Below, in pieces: positions 1 to 6,035 of a DNA stretch of 28,556 bases (its first letter is position 1; each line of letters opens with the position of its first letter). The notes under the pieces were generated by a model. That model did not search any database. It was not told the DNA's origin and was given only the letters and a program-made list of their open reading frames with translations. Both the position numbers and the translations under genes were made by a program. This DNA comes from Candidatus Heimdallarchaeota archaeon (lineage in GTDB: Archaea > Asgardarchaeota > Heimdallarchaeia > Hodarchaeales > Hodarchaeaceae). Location: positions 1-28,556 of the forward strand of contig DXJL01000184.1 in the NCBI GenBank assembly GCA_019057635.1, read 5' to 3'.

Positions 1-82
1 CGATAATTTTATTCAATTTTGATTTAAAGATCAAACTATTTCTTCCCAACAATGTAATATTTGGAAACTAAGGTTTAAGAAT

Positions 83-676
83 TTGCTTAAAAGAGAGGGA
101 ATTAATGATTGGAGTGACCTGAGGTTAGATAATGTAATTTCTTTTGGAAGTAATGAAAACATTGACCTTGGTGTAACCCAACTTCAAATACTTCACCTCC
201 CTGGGCATTCACCAGGCCATAGTGGAGTTTATGAGACTGAAAATCAAATTTTATTTATCGGAGATATTGACCTCTCTGGAAAGTTTGGCCCTTGGTATGG
301 TTGGTGGAATTCCGAACTAGATACTTTCAAAAAGTCGGTGGAGTACGTTATCGATTTTGTTTCCCGAAATGAAATTTCCAGAATTGTATCAAGTCATACA
401 CATGATGTATCTAAAGAAGAGGGGATTCATTTACTTAACAATTTTCTCAACTCATTTGATGCACGCGAACAACAAATTAAAACTTACATTACCCAAAAAA
501 GGACAGGAGTAACTCTCAAACAAATTGTTGATCAATCAATTATCTACCAGGGAAAACAAAGTGATCCTCCATATGTCTGGGAATATTTTGAGTCTGTTCA
601 TGTCAAAAAGCATATTGAGGCATTAATGAAGAAAAATGAAGTTATCTCAGAGGGAGATATAATTTTTAATACATAA
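83..676 (+). CDS. MBL-fold metallo-hydrolase, C-terminal part (5'-truncated or interrupted)
   Basis: Has the MBL motifs HLPGHSPGH, LFIGD and IVSSH plus a C-terminal wHTH-like tail. The HxHxDH motif is absent, so the N-terminus lies upstream. The frame is open back to base 23, with an in-frame TGA at 20-22. Confidence 0.8.
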   Translation: MLKREGINDWSDLRLDNVISFGSNENIDLGVTQLQILHLPGHSPGHSGVYETENQILFIGDIDLSGKFGPWYGWWNSELDTFKKSVEYVIDFVSRNEISRIVSSHTHDVSKEEGIHLLNNFLNSFDAREQQIKTYITQKRTGVTLKQIVDQSIIYQGKQSDPPYVWEYFESVHVKKHIEALMKKNEVISEGDIIFNT

Positions 677-786
677 TATTCAAAAAAATGTTCGAAAGAT
701 CCCGATTCTTTTTAGGGGGAAGACTGAAATATTATACTGAAAACGAAAGAAACGGTGTTAGAAAGAATTCGGGGTAAGTTTAATTC

Positions 787-1758
787 ATGGATGTTTTCGA
801 TAAGAGTATTCTCTTCAGTTTAGCAAAATCTTGCCGTATTTCATTTTCTCAGCTAGCTTCAGATCTTAACTTACCAGTGAATGATGTAGGAACGCGGATC
901 CAGCGACTCGTTAATGATCATACAATCCTCAAATTCACAGTGGTACTTAATCCCTATCTTTTGCATTTGCACAATGCAATTATCATTTTTCGATCCCTCA
1001 CTCCCTTAGAGCTCAATCGATTGACATTACTTGGAATTCATTCAGCTATTGAATATATTTCCATTGGAACAGCTCACGAAGGTTTTGCTTGTGCCAGATA
1101 TAGTAATAAGGAAGATTTTTTAGAATTAGCAGAACATTTCCAGCAATTTCATAAAGCATTTGAGGAATTACACCTATATCCCGTCGTTCCTCTCGTGAAT
1201 TCCGATATTTCTCCTCCTACTCAAGATTTAGTCTCTCTGGAAAAAGAGGATTGGTTAATTTTAGCTCATCTAAGAGAACAAGGACGACTTTCCCTTCAAG
1301 AACTCTCAAAGCGGATTGAAATTGATGTGGAAGTCATAAATGAACGGATGGATTATCTCCGACATTTTAATCTCATCCACGAAACAATTCAAATAAACCC
1401 TGTAAAATCTCCAAAAGAAACATTAACAATGTTTCAATGTGAATTTACTATTTTAAATCATTTAATTCAGCAGGAAATAATGCAAGAAATTAGTACCTTA
1501 CCACATTTTTGGCCCATCAGTTCATTTCGCTCTGCTGATAAACCAGTCTTATTCTTAAGTTTTTACTGTTCGTCTTATACCGAAGTAGAAAAAATACAAG
1601 CACATTTAACTGAATTACCAGGAGTAAAGAGCATAATTAAGATTATGGGTGGCACAACATATTATTTCACTGATATACGAGACGAACTCATAGAAGAAAA
1701 ACGAAGTCACGGTTGGTTCTCACCAGAAAAGTGGGTAACCGATTCCACGGGAAATTAA
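787..1758 (+). CDS. Tandem (double) Lrp/AsnC-type winged-helix transcriptional regulator
   Basis: Two AsnC-type HTH units (DKSILFSLAKSCRISFSQLASDL and DWLILAHLREQGRLSLQELSKRI), each followed by a RAM-like alpha/beta domain. Confidence 0.85.
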   Translation: MDVFDKSILFSLAKSCRISFSQLASDLNLPVNDVGTRIQRLVNDHTILKFTVVLNPYLLHLHNAIIIFRSLTPLELNRLTLLGIHSAIEYISIGTAHEGFACARYSNKEDFLELAEHFQQFHKAFEELHLYPVVPLVNSDISPPTQDLVSLEKEDWLILAHLREQGRLSLQELSKRIEIDVEVINERMDYLRHFNLIHETIQINPVKSPKETLTMFQCEFTILNHLIQQEIMQEISTLPHFWPISSFRSADKPVLFLSFYCSSYTEVEKIQAHLTELPGVKSIIKIMGGTTYYFTDIRDELIEEKRSHGWFSPEKWVTDSTGN

Positions 1759-1790
1759 TGTTCAATATTGTCCATTAATGATAATTTCAA

Positions 1791-1863
1791 GAGGGGCGGG
1801 TTGGCCTTTGGGGGAGATATCCCTCAAGAGCCTGGAAGAGTGTTTCCACTCGAAGAATCCCTC
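1791..1863. ncRNA. Candidate structured RNA or bidirectional terminator in a convergent intergenic gap
   Basis: 42 of 73 nt are G+C in an AT-rich background. Closing stem GAGGG (1791-1795)/CCCTC (1859-1863); 13-bp hairpin at 1803-1832; hairpin GAGTG-TTTC-CACTC at 1838-1851. Confidence 0.35.
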
Positions 1864-1886
1864 CTAAGTTAATAAACACCCAAATA

Positions 1887-2522
1887 TTATAGGTCAACTA
1901 GTGGGTCATTTTCCTTTGTAGAATGTATTGATACTACTTCTACTATTGTTTGTCTTACTAAGTCAGATGTTTCATGGTCTAGATGAATATTGAGTTGATC
2001 AATCACCTTAGAATTAATAAAATCGAGCATTCCCAAACCTACTACTGCTCCAGTACGGACTACAAAAGAAGAGTCTTTTTGAAGCGTTTCCAATAAGATT
2101 TTTTCAGCCCCTTGTACTTTTAAGCGTCCTAAGGCTCTTGCACACCGATCCCGAATCTGGATGCTCTTTTCACTCATGCACTCAATGAGTTTTTCGGAGA
2201 GTATTTCATTAAGTGGTGCTTCAGAGAAACTTAGGGCTGAGATTGTATTACTTCGAACCACATCCACAGAGTCTGATAACAGAGGTTCCAAGAGGGGAAC
2301 AATTATTTCTCCTTCAAGAAAGACTAAAGTCATCACTACTTCGGCACGTACTTCAGGTGCTGGGTCGGAAAGCGCTTTAACTAGTCTAGAGTGAAGATCC
2401 ATCGGAATATCGGTTAACGGGATTTCCATTCTACCTATTTTTCTAACCGCTTCGGCTCGTATGAATGAACTAGTTGCCTCCAGTTCTTCTAAAAGTTTCG
2501 CAAGTTCCTTTTTTTGTGACAT
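1887..2522 (-). CDS. HEAT-repeat (PBS-lyase-like) protein
   Basis: Repeated L.D....VR..A..AL units (LSDPAPEVRAEVV, LSDSVDVVRSNTI, IRDRCARALG, VVRTGAVVGLG). ATG at 2522 is preferred; the ORF extends to a TTG at 2558. Confidence 0.85.
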   Translation of the reverse strand: MSQKKELAKLLEELEATSSFIRAEAVRKIGRMEIPLTDIPMDLHSRLVKALSDPAPEVRAEVVMTLVFLEGEIIVPLLEPLLSDSVDVVRSNTISALSFSEAPLNEILSEKLIECMSEKSIQIRDRCARALGRLKVQGAEKILLETLQKDSSFVVRTGAVVGLGMLDFINSKVIDQLNIHLDHETSDLVRQTIVEVVSIHSTKENDPLVDL

Positions 2523-2576
2523 TCTCTTGAACCTATGTGTTTGTTCTAAATAGATCAATTAGAATTCTTTTTTTAT

Positions 2577-2626
2577 TTACCTCCTAAAAATTCATCTTTT
2601 GTTGCAATTTTACTTGTAGGAGGTAA
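2577..2626. repeat. Perfect 10-bp inverted repeat (SD/anti-SD-like arms)
   Basis: TTACCTCCTA (2577-2586) and TAGGAGGTAA (2617-2626) are exact reverse complements separated by 30 nt. Confidence 0.7.
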
Positions 2627-2953
2627 TTAGGAACTTCGACTAGAATTTGTACTTGAATTTGAAGATAGTTTTAGTGAACAGTTAGGACAATTAGGGGGAT
2701 GTCCCGTTAATTCACAGATGAATGATTGTTTGTCATTAGATGCACACTGTACCAAGTTCTGAAAATAGGTACATTCAAAGTCGTAATTAGCTTGGTATAG
2801 ATAATCAAAGGAAAGAGGTGATCCGACCTTGTAATATGGACACTTGGGTGGACAGGATCGTAAAAACTCTTTAAACACTACACATAAGAATAAACATTCT
2901 TTTGTGCCTTGATCTATGACTTGATGTTGGCAAGGACCCATAAAACTGTTCAT
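2627..2953 (-). CDS. Small Cys-rich putative metal-binding protein (paralogue of 27353..27658)
   Basis: Ten Cys, eight of which align with the 101-aa ORF at 27353. Starts 5 nt after the luxC-like stop. Confidence 0.8.
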   Translation of the reverse strand: MNSFMGPCQHQVIDQGTKECLFLCVVFKEFLRSCPPKCPYYKVGSPLSFDYLYQANYDFECTYFQNLVQCASNDKQSFICELTGHPPNCPNCSLKLSSNSSTNSSRSS

Positions 2954-2958
2954 TCCCG

Positions 2959-4407
2959 TTAAAGAACAGATTTTTCATCGGTAATCCATTTACACATTCG
3001 ACGTAATGGTTCAATAGCATCTTGGGGGGTTGCCATACTAGCATTAGCTGCAAAACCTAGGGATACTACTCTCTGCACCCCATAAAATGGTAAACTATCT
3101 CGAATTTGTAATTTGAGAGATTCAGGGAAAATACCAACAGTTTGGGTATAGGAATTGACTGATTGCAATGCTGTGTCAATTGTGTCTACAGGAACAAGAT
3201 TTACTACACGACTACACAATCGATGAGAAAAATCGACTGGTTCATCGAATTGAGAAACAATTACTGCACCTTCATTAGACTTCCCTCCATAGACGTGATA
3301 AAAGTCATCATTAAGACGGATTCCCTCTATATCATCTTTCAGGTTTTCATTAAAAATCTTAGGAGGTGTAGAAACATGTGAAGGAAGGTTAACAAGGGCC
3401 GAATAGAGTATTTTTCCGAAGGTATTCAGACGTTCAATTCCATCCTCAGTTGTCCCTGATTGCACATACATAATGCGTGAATTTAAACAGGCTTCTTGAT
3501 TGAATGCTCCCACATCTATAGCAGCTCTTTGAGCAACAGTATGAAGGGTCTGGTCATCCTGAAAAGCATCACGACCGATTATTGAGATCGAAATTTTAGG
3601 GTCAAAGGTAATTAGATCAAGTCCAGGTTGAAGATATCGGCTAATATATTTAATTGAATTAAAACCGCCCCAGGCAATAATTTTTTCAATATTCTCGGGA
3701 CGATAGAATTTTTCTTCAAAGTGAGTATCCCCCCCTCGCCAATAAAGGACACTGCAATGCTTTGTTATGGGGTGTTGGGGTTCCATTTCCATCATTGTCT
3801 GAATCAAAGCGGTAGCAGTTAGAGGATCATTGGAAGGTAGCTTGAAAATCGCGTCACATCGTGTGCCACAACTTCGAATGAGAGAGGCAGCAGAAACCGT
3901 TGGTACATTACCAGCAATAATATGAACTGTACGGGAGCCAAATGCTCGAATAGCAATCGTTCTACCATCCTCCATCTTTATAGGTACCCAGCTTTCAAGA
4001 TATTCAATACCTATCCTTTTATCAAGCATCTCACGAATATTGGATGGATGAAATAGCATAGGTAATGTTTGATACGTAGTATGAAGTACTTCAGGTGTTA
4101 AACCTGAGGCTTGACATGCAAGCTTATAGGCTGCTTGTAGATACTCATTTTCTTTTAAAATCAAACGTTGACCCAAATCATGGAGAAAAGTTATTATCTC
4201 TTCAATAGATAGATCATAGAGATCTTTCATTTTTAATGGATCAGAGAGGGAAATTTGGTTTACATATTTCTTTGCGCTCGGAGTAAGAAATTTAGCCCCG
4301 TTTCTTCCACCAAAAGTCTCCGAATAATCCTTTATCAGCTTTCCCCGAAGTAAGATGGGGATCTCAAAAGTCTCTGTATCCATCGTCTTGACAAGTGATG
4401 ATTGCAT
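2959..4407 (-). CDS. luxC: LuxC-family acyl-CoA/acyl-protein reductase
   Basis: ALDH-like LuxC motifs HIIAGNVP, FKLPSNDP, IIAWGG, FDPKIS, catalytic Cys in QEACLNSR, QTVG and GVQRVV. GGAGG at 4416-4420 lies 8 nt before the ATG at 4407. Confidence 0.9.
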   Translation of the reverse strand: MQSSLVKTMDTETFEIPILLRGKLIKDYSETFGGRNGAKFLTPSAKKYVNQISLSDPLKMKDLYDLSIEEIITFLHDLGQRLILKENEYLQAAYKLACQASGLTPEVLHTTYQTLPMLFHPSNIREMLDKRIGIEYLESWVPIKMEDGRTIAIRAFGSRTVHIIAGNVPTVSAASLIRSCGTRCDAIFKLPSNDPLTATALIQTMMEMEPQHPITKHCSVLYWRGGDTHFEEKFYRPENIEKIIAWGGFNSIKYISRYLQPGLDLITFDPKISISIIGRDAFQDDQTLHTVAQRAAIDVGAFNQEACLNSRIMYVQSGTTEDGIERLNTFGKILYSALVNLPSHVSTPPKIFNENLKDDIEGIRLNDDFYHVYGGKSNEGAVIVSQFDEPVDFSHRLCSRVVNLVPVDTIDTALQSVNSYTQTVGIFPESLKLQIRDSLPFYGVQRVVSLGFAANASMATPQDAIEPLRRMCKWITDEKSVL

Positions 4408-4420
4408 TAGAATGTCCTCC

Positions 4421-4435
4421 AAAAAAAAGGGAAGA
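4421..4435 (-). terminator. Oligo-T tract between luxE and luxC (possible partial terminator)
   Basis: The minus strand reads TCTTCCCTTTTTTTT just after the luxE stop; archaeal terminators are U-rich. Confidence 0.35.
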
Positions 4436-4437
4436 TG

Positions 4438-5865
4438 TTACTCTTCCTCTGTATCGAGAAGGTAATCGATAAACGAGTCATATGCCTCTTGACTACCAGC
4501 ACAGCTAATTTTATCGTCACCATTATTCTTTTCACTAATACGTTGTATTTTCTTTTCTAACCAGGGACCAGTTCGACCACAGGAACATTGATCATCATCC
4601 CAGTGGAGTGTAACCTCATCACCTGTCTGAAAACCACCCCAATAACTTTCTGTTAATAGGTCGTAGAATCCAAAGCGCCCCCTCTGTACACCTGTTCGTG
4701 GTAACACTTGTCCATCAGTATCAAAAATGAATGGAATAAAGTGGGGATAAATATGGTAATGATTTTGATCACAAGAAGGACAATAACCAGTTGTTTCTGT
4801 CATCCCATAGCCGTCACGGATATTCTTAACTCCATAAAAAGTACATATCCTTTCATACCAATCATCTGGAACCTCTTGCCCTTTTAATCCACCGCCAGTG
4901 ATAATAGCGGAATTGGAGGCAAATACATTACTCAACCCTTGTTTCTCTCCTTCTAATGCGGCATCAATCATTGATGTGAGGGTACCCAACATAAATACTT
5001 GACGCCCTTGATAGTTCTTCACCATATTATCAAAGAAAGCAGCCATATATTTAGGACGATTTCTTTTTAATCTAATCAATTCTCCTTTATTGTAGCTTAG
5101 AGCTTTAAGCATTTGGAGTTTACCTAATTCTCCTTTTGCTTTTGCAGATTGCAATCTACCTGCGAGAGACATGAAGTCTGCAGATAAATATCCAGGAATT
5201 GCGGTATGATATTCATCTTCAGAACCAGCCAACATGGGGCCAAACCGACTCAATATTCTCTGAGCTAATTGCCTACCATCGGCAAAACTAGGGAAAAATA
5301 CGGGCATTTTCGTTTTGTGAGGATTAACCCCCGTAAGAACTTCAATGAATAAATAAAACGCGTTTTTGAAACTTTCCATTTCACTCTCACTACGGGGTAG
5401 AAAACTAAGTTTTCCTGTTGTTCCCGTTGAATGGACAATCTGTAGCTCTGATTGGTTTTCAATTGCTTCTAACCAGGAATCTATTGAGTTACAGTTGTTT
5501 ATCTTTATTGCTGATAAATCATGACTTGTTAATTTATCTAACCAAGCTGTGAGCTTATCAAATTTCTTTTTTTCAATGAAAGCTAAGGGATAACTCTTGT
5601 AGACTGTATGTTGGAACAGAATTGGAGCTAAATCATTCAGAGTTTTGATTTCAGTTATTTTTTGTTCGTCTGCGAGCTTCTTCAGAGCTTTAATACGTGG
5701 ATAAAACCAGTTAAAGCGTTTTTGAGCACCAGCTAATTGAATTTGTTGTACAAAATCTGTTTCAAGACTGAACAATTCATCATTGGTGGCGTGAACCAGC
5801 GATTGCGGATTTTGAAACATTTCTGATTGTCTTTCCCCCGACAGTTTACTAGTTGATAAAACCAT
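4438..5865 (-). CDS. luxE: LuxE-like acyl-protein synthetase (ANL adenylate-forming superfamily)
   Basis: HSTGTTGKLS P-loop, YGMTE, QTGD, CSCGRTG and a C-terminal KISCAG Cys. Adjacent to the luxC-like gene. GAGGT at 5874-5878. Confidence 0.8.
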   Translation of the reverse strand: MVLSTSKLSGERQSEMFQNPQSLVHATNDELFSLETDFVQQIQLAGAQKRFNWFYPRIKALKKLADEQKITEIKTLNDLAPILFQHTVYKSYPLAFIEKKKFDKLTAWLDKLTSHDLSAIKINNCNSIDSWLEAIENQSELQIVHSTGTTGKLSFLPRSESEMESFKNAFYLFIEVLTGVNPHKTKMPVFFPSFADGRQLAQRILSRFGPMLAGSEDEYHTAIPGYLSADFMSLAGRLQSAKAKGELGKLQMLKALSYNKGELIRLKRNRPKYMAAFFDNMVKNYQGRQVFMLGTLTSMIDAALEGEKQGLSNVFASNSAIITGGGLKGQEVPDDWYERICTFYGVKNIRDGYGMTETTGYCPSCDQNHYHIYPHFIPFIFDTDGQVLPRTGVQRGRFGFYDLLTESYWGGFQTGDEVTLHWDDDQCSCGRTGPWLEKKIQRISEKNNGDDKISCAGSQEAYDSFIDYLLDTEEE

Positions 5866-5899
5866 TTTCAGTAACCTCTGATACCAATACCGAGAATGC

Positions 5900-5914
5900 T
5901 TTAAATATTCAAAA
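5900..5914 (-). promoter_or_regulatory. TATA-containing promoter motif for the luxE-luxC unit
   Basis: Minus-strand TTTTGAATATTTAAA, 34 nt upstream of the luxE ATG; 13/15 identical to the motif at 10846-10860. Confidence 0.5.
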
Positions 5915-6001
5915 TCGGGCTAAGGATCGTTTATTCGGATCATTCCTTATAAACTCCTTTTAAGAGATGTAATATATTAAGAAAAAGATCATTTCACATT
6001 C

Positions 6002-6019
6002 ATAAGGTGAAGACCTTAT
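6002..6019. promoter_or_regulatory. Palindrome ATAAGGT-N4-ACCTTAT upstream of the helicase (operator or leader hairpin)
   Basis: Perfect 7-bp arms around a GAAG spacer; overlaps an SD-like AGGTGA. Confidence 0.4.
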
Positions 6020-6035
6020 TCATCCATGAGCAAGA

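Noticed and set aside
1791-1863. tRNA gene, or a SECIS element recoding the TGA at 20-22
   Set aside because: The length is tRNA-like but there is no proper D arm, anticodon arm or GTTC T-arm. The nearby ATGA (1778-1781) has no SECIS-like stem, and the TGA is not at a recognisable catalytic Cys position.
2959-5865. Bioluminescence (lux) operon
   Set aside because: No luxA/luxB luciferase, luxD or luxG in the window; LuxC/LuxE homologues commonly occur without light production.
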